The notes below the pieces were generated by a model. It was not told the DNA's origin, made no database searches, and saw nothing but the letters and a program-made list of their open reading frames with translations. Made by a program: the position numbers and the translations under genes. This document shows positions 54,364 to 62,812 of a stretch of 64,000 nucleotides of DNA, piece by piece (positions within the stretch are counted from its first letter, which is position 1; every line of letters begins with the position of its first letter). The stretch comes from Escherichia phage Ec_Makalu_002: the sequence record MN709127.1; one strand, given 5' to 3'.

Positions 54364-54603
54364 ATGGTCTATAATATCGTCATTGGTGCTTTGTCTAATT
54401 TCGGAATGAAATTATTGTCAAAGTTAATTAGTGAAAAGATGCTCACTAAAATTTTCTTCTATTGCGCTCGTCGTCTTGCGGCTTATACCAATACGCCAAT
54501 TGATGATCGTTTTGTGGAAGAACTTTATAAGGAGTTTAATAAAGATCAGTCAGAAGATAGTAACGAGCAAGATAAACCTAGTGATAGTCAACTACCTAAA
54601 TAA
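54364..54603 (+). CDS. hypothetical small protein (79 aa) in the gene 38 position
   Basis: ORF track; hydrophobic N-terminus, acidic C-terminus. Confidence 0.4.
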   Translation: MVYNIVIGALSNFGMKLLSKLISEKMLTKIFFYCARRLAAYTNTPIDDRFVEELYKEFNKDQSEDSNEQDKPSDSQLPK

Positions 54604-54636
54604 GAGTACACTGTCATAGTTATCTTAGGGCATTAT

Positions 54637-55293
54637 ATGCAAGTTTCTGAAAAAGGGAAAGACTTTGCTATCTCAAATGTCCTGCGCGCTATTTTCACAA
54701 CTAAAAGCACGGAGTTGCTCGTACTTCGTGTTTTTGCTGCCGTCGTGTTGTCCATATTAGCATTTGTCGTTTATAGTAAAAACGAGTTATTCGCGCTTTA
54801 TAAAGAGACTCGTTATGAGACTTATGCTCACATTCTCCAGGTAGAGAAAGACCGCAATTTTGATAATGCAGCACAGGAGCAGTTACAGATAGTTCATGTA
54901 TCGGCTGATGCCGATTTTTCTGCTGTTTTTAGTTTTCGTCCGAAAAACCTAAACTATTTTGTTGATTTGGTGGCATATGAAGGAAAGCTACCGCATACAA
55001 TCGATGAAAAAAATTTAGGCGGATTCCCTATCAATAAAACGAGTGAAGAATATCGTAGGCATCTTTTAGGTAAATCATATTTTACCGATAAAGATTTCCA
55101 GTATATTCCATCAAGAGAAAAGAAATTAGAGAATATCGATATAGGTTTCATGTATTCTTGTCCTATATTCAATCTCGATAATGTCTATTCTGGTAGTATC
55201 GCCATTTCATGGAAGAATAAACCGGATATTGACATTGAGAATTTAGATACTCTTTGCAATCAATCTGCCAGAATCCTCGGAAGGATTAGATAA
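54637..55293 (+). CDS. t: holin
   Basis: 218 aa; one N-terminal TM; EQLQIVH.SADADFSAVFSFRPKNLNYFVDLVAYEGKLP nearly identical to T4 T. Confidence 0.9.
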   Translation: MQVSEKGKDFAISNVLRAIFTTKSTELLVLRVFAAVVLSILAFVVYSKNELFALYKETRYETYAHILQVEKDRNFDNAAQEQLQIVHVSADADFSAVFSFRPKNLNYFVDLVAYEGKLPHTIDEKNLGGFPINKTSEEYRRHLLGKSYFTDKDFQYIPSREKKLENIDIGFMYSCPIFNLDNVYSGSIAISWKNKPDIDIENLDTLCNQSARILGRIR

Positions 55294-55299
55294 ATTAAA

Positions 55300-55330
55300 G
55301 GGGAAGCCTTTCGGCCTCCCCTTCTTTTTT
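55300..55330 (+). terminator. rho-independent terminator after t
   Basis: GGGGAAGCCTTTCGGCCTCCCC followed by TTCTTTTTT. Confidence 0.55.
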
Positions 55331-55577
55331 ATTGGCGCATAGAAGCCCCTGAATCGCATTTTGACGCTGTATGATGAAAACAGGTAGCGTACCAGTCATC
55401 GGCTTGTTTGTCTTCGTCAGAAAACGCGTAATTTCGTTGTATGTCGTTTTCTACTTTGACCAGTGCAATAGCTGTTTCTGGAAGATCAATTAATCTGACA
55501 AAATCACCATCTTCCCACTCTACACGAGCAATATCATAGCCCATCTCAAAGTATACAATCGCTTGTTCTAGTTTCAT
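55329..55577 (-). CDS. hypothetical protein (82 aa)
   Basis: ORF track. Confidence 0.4.
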   Translation of the reverse strand: MKLEQAIVYFEMGYDIARVEWEDGDFVRLIDLPETAIALVKVENDIQRNYAFSDEDKQADDWYATCFHHTASKCDSGASMRQ

Positions 55578-55906
55578 TTTGGAAACTTCCCGTAAATGTT
55601 TTCTGCCAGCTTACGTGCATCGATGATAATGTCATTCATGCTATGCCCGTAGTGTTCAGCCATTGACATAATACAATCAACAAAGAAATTATATCGGCAA
55701 CGATTCAAGATTTGCTCTTTGCTGTAAACTTCATACTTGACGGTCGCGTGTACTTTCTCGATTGCCTTAATCGCTGTATTGACTTCACTGATAATGGTTT
55801 TCGCATTGTATGCACCACGACGGATCAGGATTTGAGTCAATTCTCTTGCAATATCTTGCATTTCTTCATATTCATGTTCAAGCATAATTAACCTCTCAAA
55901 ATACAA
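55574..55906 (-). CDS. hypothetical protein (110 aa)
   Basis: ORF track; ATGA coupling. Confidence 0.45.
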   Translation of the reverse strand: MYFERLIMLEHEYEEMQDIARELTQILIRRGAYNAKTIISEVNTAIKAIEKVHATVKYEVYSKEQILNRCRYNFFVDCIMSMAEHYGHSMNDIIIDARKLAENIYGKFPK

Positions 55907-55909
55907 TAA

Positions 55910-56242
55910 TTACAGATGAAACCCTGTTACGATCACCGCGTCGATCATACCGCTAGGGATAAACGGTTCACCCTCTTTTATCTCAACTTTGAATTGATGC
56001 CATTTCGCTAATACTTCTTCCGGTACACCCAGCGATTCGGCATCTGCTTTAGTTTCATCCATAATCCAGCTAGGATGCATGAGAGCATAGTTTACATAGT
56101 CCATTTCTGGGGTCATGTCATCAATGTTAATATATTTGCAGTTGACGCGTTTCAGAATTTCAAATTCTTTTTCATCAACCTGTACCATGTATAATTCAGT
56201 AGTTTCTGGAATCAGTTCCCACACAATCAGTACATTTTTCAT
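55910..56242 (-). CDS. hypothetical protein (110 aa)
   Basis: ORF track. Confidence 0.45.
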   Translation of the reverse strand: MKNVLIVWELIPETTELYMVQVDEKEFEILKRVNCKYINIDDMTPEMDYVNYALMHPSWIMDETKADAESLGVPEEVLAKWHQFKVEIKEGEPFIPSGMIDAVIVTGFHL

Positions 56243-56250
56243 AGTTCACC

Positions 56251-56619
56251 TCACTTAACAAAGATTTTCTTTAATGCTTTCAGGATCGTTGCTTCCGGCG
56301 CTTCTTCCGGTGGAGGAAGCAATTCTACCACTTCCTCTTCCAACTCGATATAGTCTACCAGATATTCTACATAGAATGCAAGTGCTTCCATGAAATTAGA
56401 TGCTACATCCGATTCACCACAAGCGCCTACATGCATTGTATAAACATCACTGCGATCAAGTTTGTGGATGCTTCCCAGATAGTTCCGGTTATACCAGACT
56501 TCCCACACTTTCAGTTTTCCGGTTTTGGTTGCTGTCTTATAATCTGTTTCGTAGTGGTGCAGTTGACGTTGCAGATCATTGATAATAACACATTTTTCGT
56601 AATTGTTTTGAATTTCCAT
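56251..56619 (-). CDS. hypothetical protein (122 aa)
   Basis: ORF track. Confidence 0.45.
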   Translation of the reverse strand: MEIQNNYEKCVIINDLQRQLHHYETDYKTATKTGKLKVWEVWYNRNYLGSIHKLDRSDVYTMHVGACGESDVASNFMEALAFYVEYLVDYIELEEEVVELLPPPEEAPEATILKALKKIFVK

Positions 56620-56629
56620 GATGTAATCC

Positions 56630-56821
56630 TCACTTATCGTTAAGAAGTTCTAAAACTTTCTGTCGTACTTTGTCAATATTAGTTGACTCAAATACTGTAC
56701 GGTATCCCCAACTTTGACCGTATGATCGAGAGCAATCCCCGTATCCCCATTGTTCAACCTGATAGTATTCAAGGAATGGGTGTTGCCGAACTATGATACC
56801 ATCGCGATTAAAAATTACCAT
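56630..56821 (-). CDS. hypothetical protein (63 aa)
   Basis: ORF track. Confidence 0.4.
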   Translation of the reverse strand: MVIFNRDGIIVRQHPFLEYYQVEQWGYGDCSRSYGQSWGYRTVFESTNIDKVRQKVLELLNDK

Positions 56822-56844
56822 AATATAATCCTCACGTCAACAAA

Positions 56845-57123
56845 CTATTTTCGGTTATACTTCTGCCACTTTCGGTAATACTGCTTGTAATGTTGTTTAA
56901 TGTTTGGCGGTTCGTCACTATACATGTTATCAACCATCATGTCAATAAGACCCTCCGGTGTTTGATAGCTCCCCGCTCGAATAAGTTCCTTAATTAAAAG
57001 ATCTTGTGTCGCTTTATACTCTACAATAACAACTGTCTTTTCTGCCTTTCCAATTCCGATCCGGTCGTTAGCTCTCATAGCATCCCACCAGTCTTTTTTA
57101 AACTTCATGTTATTGAATTGCAT
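56845..57123 (-). CDS. hypothetical protein (92 aa)
   Basis: ORF track. Confidence 0.45.
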   Translation of the reverse strand: MQFNNMKFKKDWWDAMRANDRIGIGKAEKTVVIVEYKATQDLLIKELIRAGSYQTPEGLIDMMVDNMYSDEPPNIKQHYKQYYRKWQKYNRK

Positions 57124-57134
57124 AATTTAACCTC

Positions 57135-57893
57135 TTACTTGCAAACGTATTGATCTACATCAATTGCGCCACCGAATGTAGGATGACGTTTTTCAAATCG
57201 AATAGTTCCGTCGTTTGGTTCGAAAACGGAGTATTCATATAGATCTTTCTTGCCAACATTCTTATAAAACCCGCCTTTAGTCATAACGGTTTCTTGTACG
57301 TTTGCTTTGTGTACATTGTATTCATCAATGTACACAAAATCAACCATCTTCCCATTTTTAATAGTTACTTTAAGATCCCCTGGCTGGTTTCCATATTTTG
57401 CATACAGTGGAGATTCTTTAATTTTGGTGGAAATTCCATCTTTCATACTCCACTCATAACGAACGGTGCATTGATAGGTAAAAGTTTCGACCTTCGGTTC
57501 TTCCACCACTTTTGCTTCCTGTTTCGGTTGTTCTTCTTCAACCTTCGCAGAAGTCTCTGAATCGCTTTCTGACGCGGTTTCTTCTTTAGGTAATACATTC
57601 ATCAAGTTTTGGATTTGAGCGTTATATACAGCCTCCAGTGGCTGAATCTGCCCGATATTGATCATTGTATCACGAACAGTTTTATTCCAGTTGCGTTGCT
57701 CTTGTTTCAGAGACGGATCAATCTTAACAGCCTTAACATATACTTCATGAAGTTTAGAATCAAGTGCGGAGATTGACTCGTTAGCACAAATAAACTTCTC
57801 TGATTTGGTAGTAGCCTTAGTGCAATCAAAGGACGCAGCATTAGCACCGATGGCAGTAGCAGAAAGAAAGATAGCAGCGATAATGTTTTTCAT
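57135..57893 (-). CDS. secreted protein with LprI/DUF1311-like N-terminal domain and Cys-bracketed C-terminal domain
   Basis: Signal peptide MKNIIAAIFLSATAIGANA; CANESISALDSKLHEVY...QRNW pattern; C-terminal domain bounded by Cys. Confidence 0.5.
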   Translation of the reverse strand: MKNIIAAIFLSATAIGANAASFDCTKATTKSEKFICANESISALDSKLHEVYVKAVKIDPSLKQEQRNWNKTVRDTMINIGQIQPLEAVYNAQIQNLMNVLPKEETASESDSETSAKVEEEQPKQEAKVVEEPKVETFTYQCTVRYEWSMKDGISTKIKESPLYAKYGNQPGDLKVTIKNGKMVDFVYIDEYNVHKANVQETVMTKGGFYKNVGKKDLYEYSVFEPNDGTIRFEKRHPTFGGAIDVDQYVCK

Positions 57894-57927
57894 AATATAT
57901 TCCTCAATGTCTTGTCTTGATGGGAGT

Positions 57928-57956
57928 ATCTTACTACTCCCTTAATCCGGTGTCAA
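57928..57956 (-). promoter_or_regulatory. sigma70-like early promoter (TTGACA-17-TAAGAT)
   Basis: Hexamers at 17-nt spacing. Confidence 0.4.
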
Positions 57957-57963
57957 CTACTTT

Positions 57964-58119
57964 TTAAATTTCTTCTACAGTAAAGTCTTCAATGTTGTTG
58001 TGCTCGGAGAACGTTGCCAGACCAGCATTCCATGCATCATCCTCAGAGAAGAATACACCGTAACGTTCATATCCTTTAGCGCCTTCAAATTTAATCATTA
58101 ATTTGTGAGTATGTTTCAT
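57964..58119 (-). CDS. hypothetical small protein (51 aa)
   Basis: Hand-translated (MKHTHKLMIKFEGAKGYERYGVFF...); RBS GGAGAA. Confidence 0.35.
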   Translation of the reverse strand: MKHTHKLMIKFEGAKGYERYGVFFSEDDAWNAGLATFSEHNNIEDFTVEEI

Positions 58120-58150
58120 TTTGATTCTCCATCGTTGTCTTGATGAGTTT

Positions 58151-58179
58151 AGTATAGGGGATCACCGATCCCCTGTCAA
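58151..58179 (-). promoter_or_regulatory. sigma70-like early promoter (TTGACA-GGGGATCGGTGATCCCC-TATACT)
   Basis: Same palindromic-spacer architecture as 16914 and 22574. Confidence 0.45.
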
Positions 58180-58188
58180 CAACTATTT

Positions 58189-58401
58189 TTAATTTTTACC
58201 CACGCGTAAATTAATGCGCATTTTCTGCATAGCCATGATCTGGTTTACTGCTTCTTCTTTACGCTCTTTCGTGATAATGTGACCAGATTCCGCAAACGCT
58301 CCCGCAACTTCTTCTACGATCTCGCGAACTTGAGAACGTCCAAAGATGCGATTTCCTTCGTAGCTCATAAACTCGGTTACTACTTGCTCAATAGATTTCA
58401 T
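58189..58401 (-). CDS. hypothetical small protein (70 aa)
   Basis: ORF track. Confidence 0.45.
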   Translation of the reverse strand: MKSIEQVVTEFMSYEGNRIFGRSQVREIVEEVAGAFAESGHIITKERKEEAVNQIMAMQKMRINLRVGKN

Positions 58402-58470
58402 GTGATTCTCCTTCTTTCGTTTCGGTGTGGGAGTATGTTAATACTCCCGTTTCTTTACATCAACCAGTTT

Positions 58471-58776
58471 TTAGAAATTTTTCGCTTCTTCTTCGGTCAT
58501 CATAACCGCGCATTCGTGCATAACTTTGAAAACCGGATCAATCATGTCGAATGCTTCGCGAGACAGTTTACGAGAAGCGATTTTGATTGCTTCAACGTCT
58601 TCTACTACAGGAACAAAAACAGTTTTCAGTTCATCGAGCACAGCAGCTTCTTTTTCATTCAGGAAGATTCCAGCGTCGTACAGTGCAACTTCGATAACAT
58701 TAACTTTAACCATTTTTATTTCCTCCAGTTCGTTTCGGTATGTGAGTATAATACTACCGATGACCTTTGGCGTCAA
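58471..58776 (-). CDS. hypothetical small protein
   Basis: Track ORF includes leader read-through; likely ATG about 58713 (MVKVNVIEV...). Confidence 0.4.
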   Translation of the reverse strand: MTPKVIGSIILTYRNELEEIKMVKVNVIEVALYDAGIFLNEKEAAVLDELKTVFVPVVEDVEAIKIASRKLSREAFDMIDPVFKVMHECAVMMTEEEAKNF

Positions 58777-58977
58777 CTAGTTTTTGTTATTTTCGTGAAA
58801 ATTTTTCGTCGCCTCATGTGCTTTTCGCTGGGCTTCTTGTTGTGCTTGCTGGCGTGCTGCCTCTTGTGAAGCCATAACGGAAGCATTTGCAGCAGTTACA
58901 GCCGCTACCATCGCTGCGGTATTAGCATTTACAGTACATGCACTAGCCAGCAAAGCAATTGCAATCATTTTCTTCAT
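58777..58977 (-). CDS. small secreted or lipoprotein-like Ala/Gln-rich protein (66 aa)
   Basis: Signal peptide MKKMIAIALLASAC. Confidence 0.45.
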   Translation of the reverse strand: MKKMIAIALLASACTVNANTAAMVAAVTAANASVMASQEAARQQAQQEAQRKAHEATKNFHENNKN

Positions 58978-59159
58978 AGTTTCCCCTTTAGGTTATCTTC
59001 GACCTTCATCCATTCCGCGTATTCTTGCGCAGCTACTTTCGGATTTAGTCCGTCTTCGTACATTGCATCGAGTAATTCTTCGTCGGTGGGCTTATACCCT
59101 AGATAAGCCTCCACCTGATTTTTCCAAATTTTATACCAGTTCATATTATCACCAATCAA
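58974..59159 (-). CDS. hypothetical small protein (61 aa)
   Basis: ORF track; ATGA coupling. Confidence 0.4.
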   Translation of the reverse strand: MIGDNMNWYKIWKNQVEAYLGYKPTDEELLDAMYEDGLNPKVAAQEYAEWMKVEDNLKGKL

Positions 59160-59481
59160 GAGCGCGTGTCTCTGCGTCTTCCCATGCTTGATCCATTACA
59201 GCCTTAAAAACATACTCTAAGGTATCATCTTTAGAGAATCCGAAGACTTTAGACGGAATATCTTCGATTGCCACTCCCGAAACTTCTGCATTACGCGCTT
59301 GGCAATAATGCAACTCTAAGTTATCGAGATAGCGACCGCCTAATTTCTCCATATCGTCCCAGCATTTCCAATAACCGACTTTATCGGCAATTGCTAACAC
59401 TTTGCTGTTTTTGTTGCTCATCTTTGATTCTCCTTTTGTTTGGTGTGGGAGTATTTTACTACTCCCTTGTTCTGGTGTCAA
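59149..59481 (-). CDS. hypothetical small protein
   Basis: Leader read-through in track ORF; likely ATG about 59421 (MSNKNSKVLAI...). Confidence 0.4.
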   Translation of the reverse strand: MTPEQGSSKILPHQTKGESKMSNKNSKVLAIADKVGYWKCWDDMEKLGGRYLDNLELHYCQARNAEVSGVAIEDIPSKVFGFSKDDTLEYVFKAVMDQAWEDAETRALDW

Positions 59482-59487
59482 TAGACT

Positions 59488-59736
59488 TTATTTGATTATT
59501 TCAAATTTTGCTACCGGGTCGCCGTTTCTTTTGTTGGCAGTAAGTTGTTGCTTGTCAAAGTAAAACCAAATATAGTCACCATGAACTACATCAAATGTAT
59601 TTCCGCTATTGTCCGTGAATACATCAACATCATAATCACACCCGACACTAAAGCTATAATTGATGTGGTCGGTTTCAATGCAACGTACTTTCATTTTTTG
59701 ATTCTCCTGTTGTTTCAGTTTGGGTGTATTATGCAA
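59488..59736 (-). CDS. hypothetical small protein
   Basis: Likely ATG about 59694 (MKVRCIETDH...). Confidence 0.4.
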   Translation of the reverse strand: MHNTPKLKQQENQKMKVRCIETDHINYSFSVGCDYDVDVFTDNSGNTFDVVHGDYIWFYFDKQQLTANKRNGDPVAKFEIIK

Positions 59737-59768
59737 TGTTTGATTATGGGAGTCAACAACTTTTCAAA

Positions 59769-59795
59769 TAAAAAAGCCGACCACAAGGATCGGCT
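59769..59795 (-). terminator. rho-independent terminator
   Basis: AGCCGATCCTTGTGGTCGGCT followed by TTTTTTATTTG; near-identical stem to terminator at 49813. Confidence 0.55.
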
Positions 59796-59805
59796 TAATA
59801 ATCAA

Positions 59806-60201
59806 TTACTTACTAAATTTCTTTTTGGCTTCGTCTACTGCATGAGATGCTAGTACCGCTGCCGCATGTGCACTTTTATCTGTGTTACAGAGAACACCCA
59901 GATAAACATCACGCCAAAGTTTAATCATCTCGTAGATCATATCAATATCATTTTCTTGTTTGTTGGCGATGTTATTCGTCGTTATCTGGTAAGGCAACGG
60001 TTTGATCTGTACTGGTTCCGCCATCGGGCTAATCGGTTTCGGATCGGTCATAATAGGTGCTGTTGTCGGTGATGTTTTCCATACGCCATTATCCCACGGT
60101 TTAATCGTTGTATCGTACAGTTTATAAGGATTTTTGTCTGGATTAACCATCCATGCATGATGATTACCCAAACCATTTGCAGTGATGCGTCGTTCAGTCA
60201 T
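59806..60201 (-). CDS. hypothetical protein (131 aa)
   Basis: ORF track; downstream of gene 52. Confidence 0.45.
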   Translation of the reverse strand: MTERRITANGLGNHHAWMVNPDKNPYKLYDTTIKPWDNGVWKTSPTTAPIMTDPKPISPMAEPVQIKPLPYQITTNNIANKQENDIDMIYEMIKLWRDVYLGVLCNTDKSAHAAAVLASHAVDEAKKKFSK

Positions 60202-60204
60202 AAT

Positions 60205-60408
60205 TTATTTCCTCTCTGATAATTCTTTCATCAAGCTGTCGATCTTTGCTCTGTGTTCTGGCGTGTTTGTCATCTCTGCTAATTTGCTCAGAGATTCACT
60301 GGTGATCCGGTTGGATTCTTCCAGTGTTTCAACGACCATTGGCACAATCTTTTTATTATTGTACACAAATGCAATATAACCGCCTTCTGGATACTCTTTC
60401 ATAATCAA
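60205..60408 (-). CDS. hypothetical small protein (67 aa)
   Basis: ORF track; ATGA-coupled to gene 52. Confidence 0.4.
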   Translation of the reverse strand: MIMKEYPEGGYIAFVYNNKKIVPMVVETLEESNRITSESLSKLAEMTNTPEHRAKIDSLMKELSERK

Positions 60409-61784
60409 CCCTTCTTAAGTTCTTTAAGATCTTTCTTATATTCCTTCATTGCGGTCGTCTTTGTCCAATACTCATATTCACTATGATGTTTATCGGCATC
60501 TTTGACCAGTCGATCATACTCTTCTTGGGTAACGCTGTACAATGGCATAGAAACTAGCTTATCGGCGTATGGACGCAGTTTTTCATGTCCATTGATGGAT
60601 TGCATTACCTCGGCCTTTTTCTTTCCCTGTAGCTCGATTTCGCCCTTAATTACGCGATCGATAAATTCTGCTTTAGCCATTGCATAATTGTATGCTTCCA
60701 GCGTTTCGGCTTGCATCAATTCAATGCGTTTATCTACATAGCCTAATCGGATTTCGACGAATCGACGGATCAGATCGCTCGCTTTCTCGAATACTTCAAC
60801 TAAACCACGTTCGTTAACTACTACGATATTTTGGGCTACTAACTGCGTTAGTTTAAAATCCTTCATGATTTGCTCATGTCGAGCGGATTCATCTTCGCTT
60901 TTGAAATAATCGCGTTTCAGTGTTACTTCAAATCTGAATCCATCCTTAGAGCAACGGTCATTATACGATACAATCAGATCTTTTTCTTCCAGTGCATCCA
61001 GTACCGCTACATATTCTTCACGGTCGAACTTATAAGGAACTTCCGTTATTGTCAGCTTAGTCTTGCCGTTTAGTTCATATGTACCCTCAAGAATCACACC
61101 ATCGCGATCATCTCGCGGGATAACTTTACCCGTGAATTTCGGGAATTGAACAGTAGGTTCTTTATCCAGTTTTCCGGCAAGTGCTAGCTCTGTGCATTCG
61201 ATGAGGCTTTCCAGTGAATGCGGTAAAATGTCAGTTTTATACCCTGTAGCAATACCACTAATACCATTAGCCAATACCATTGGTACAACTGGCAAGTAGA
61301 ATGCTGGCGGGATGTGTTCCAGATCTTCGTGCTTAGGTGCGCAATTCATATCTTTATAGATTTTAAAGAAGTTTTCATGCACACGAGCAAAGATATAACG
61401 TGCTGCCCCCGCTTTCTGGACTAAACGCGATCCAAAGTTACCTTGACCGTCAAGCAGCGGAGTATTATTGCTCCATGTATTCGCCATGAGTGATCCGGCT
61501 TCTACGGCATTAGTTTCCCCGTGATGATAACCTAACTCAGCAACACCAGATCCAATATCTGCCATCTTACGGAATTTTTTACGGTCGCCTTTACTCTTTT
61601 GCAAAGCACATTCCATAACAAAGCGTTGCACTGGTTTAAGCCCATCTACTAATTGAGGAATCCCGCGTTCCTCGGCAGAATAGATCGCATATTCCTTAGC
61701 TTCATTGTGTACAATGCTTTCAAGGCTACGGTAAGTAATTGTGTTTATAATTTGACTAATTTTATCCATCTTCACCTCATACAC
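60405..61784 (-). CDS. 52: DNA topoisomerase II medium subunit gp52
   Basis: GLKPVQRFV and GQGNFGS GyrA/ParC-type motifs; 459 aa. Confidence 0.9.
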   Translation of the reverse strand: MYEVKMDKISQIINTITYRSLESIVHNEAKEYAIYSAEERGIPQLVDGLKPVQRFVMECALQKSKGDRKKFRKMADIGSGVAELGYHHGETNAVEAGSLMANTWSNNTPLLDGQGNFGSRLVQKAGAARYIFARVHENFFKIYKDMNCAPKHEDLEHIPPAFYLPVVPMVLANGISGIATGYKTDILPHSLESLIECTELALAGKLDKEPTVQFPKFTGKVIPRDDRDGVILEGTYELNGKTKLTITEVPYKFDREEYVAVLDALEEKDLIVSYNDRCSKDGFRFEVTLKRDYFKSEDESARHEQIMKDFKLTQLVAQNIVVVNERGLVEVFEKASDLIRRFVEIRLGYVDKRIELMQAETLEAYNYAMAKAEFIDRVIKGEIELQGKKKAEVMQSINGHEKLRPYADKLVSMPLYSVTQEEYDRLVKDADKHHSEYEYWTKTTAMKEYKKDLKELKKG

Positions 61785-62139
61785 GCTTACAAATCACATT
61801 CTTTACTTTATCAGATTTATCAGCCCAATCCAATAGCCATTTTAACGGAAGGATTGAAACAATAAACGGGGCAGCAATCAAAGCAAACATGATACACCGG
61901 ATAATCAGGAAAACGCAAGTAACAAAGCTAGCGATAGTGATCCCGACAAAACAAAATACCATAGAAAACAGAGTAATGATATAGAAAGGCCAGAATACCC
62001 ACTCCCGCATCTTAACGCCTTTGTATTCCCTGAATTGCTTAAAATCTACAAACAACTCTCGGATAGACGCATACAGAACAGAAAAATCATCTTTCATTGC
62101 TCTGAATGAGCAATCTTCTATTTTAGAATGACCTAGCAT
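61777..62139 (-). CDS. hypothetical membrane protein (120 aa)
   Basis: Several hydrophobic helices. Confidence 0.45.
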   Translation of the reverse strand: MLGHSKIEDCSFRAMKDDFSVLYASIRELFVDFKQFREYKGVKMREWVFWPFYIITLFSMVFCFVGITIASFVTCVFLIIRCIMFALIAAPFIVSILPLKWLLDWADKSDKVKNVICKRV

Positions 62140-62141
62140 TA

Positions 62142-62435
62142 TTAACCGCCTTTCATCATTGATACTGGAATTGTTTTCTGGTTTGTGTATAGGTGTCCTA
62201 CTTCAAATTTTTCTTGAATCACCACAACGTTACAATATCCGCTGTCTTTAAGTTTTCTGATAATGTCTCGCTTTTGTTCGTCGGTGATAGGATTGACGGT
62301 TCGAACAAGTTCACCGCAAATAATAGCACCATCTTTACAATTACCAGTAACTTTCATGCTACGACCGTGAACAACAACCACATCACCGTAAATCACATTT
62401 TCGTCGTCGTACTTGGTAATAATCGTGACCGTCAT
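62142..62435 (-). CDS. hypothetical protein (97 aa)
   Basis: ORF track. Confidence 0.4.
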   Translation of the reverse strand: MTVTIITKYDDENVIYGDVVVVHGRSMKVTGNCKDGAIICGELVRTVNPITDEQKRDIIRKLKDSGYCNVVVIQEKFEVGHLYTNQKTIPVSMMKGG

Positions 62436-62480
62436 AATATATTCCCTCTAAGAAAGGCCGCGCAAAGCGGCCTACGTTGA

Positions 62481-62804
62481 TTATTGTTCTACAGTATAAC
62501 CGTTGTTTTCAAGCCATGCAATAACAATCTTTTCGCCAATTTCATCGAGCATTTCATCAGCGCCATATTCTTTAATGAAAGTCGATGGGTCATTATTGCT
62601 TACTACATGCTGAATAACAACATGTTCAGGGATTGCGTCTAACAGTTCATCATGGTCATACTCGTTAGCAATATCTTCAACGGTAACATTATTAGCCAGA
62701 TCCACATCGTCTAAAGTCACCGTAACGCGATGAGATGGATATAATACCTGTTCTACTTCAACATGTGCACTTTCGCAAGTAACCTTCATATCAATCATAA
62801 TCAA
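62481..62804 (-). CDS. hypothetical acidic protein (107 aa)
   Basis: ORF track. Confidence 0.4.
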   Translation of the reverse strand: MIMIDMKVTCESAHVEVEQVLYPSHRVTVTLDDVDLANNVTVEDIANEYDHDELLDAIPEHVVIQHVVSNNDPSTFIKEYGADEMLDEIGEKIVIAWLENNGYTVEQ

Positions 62805-62812
62805 TTCCTCTG

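Noticed and set aside
56845-57123. Assigning the 92-aa ORF as Arn, or any ORF in 55329-56821 as AsiA
   Set aside because: Size and position are compatible but I cannot recall sequence matches; left as hypothetical.
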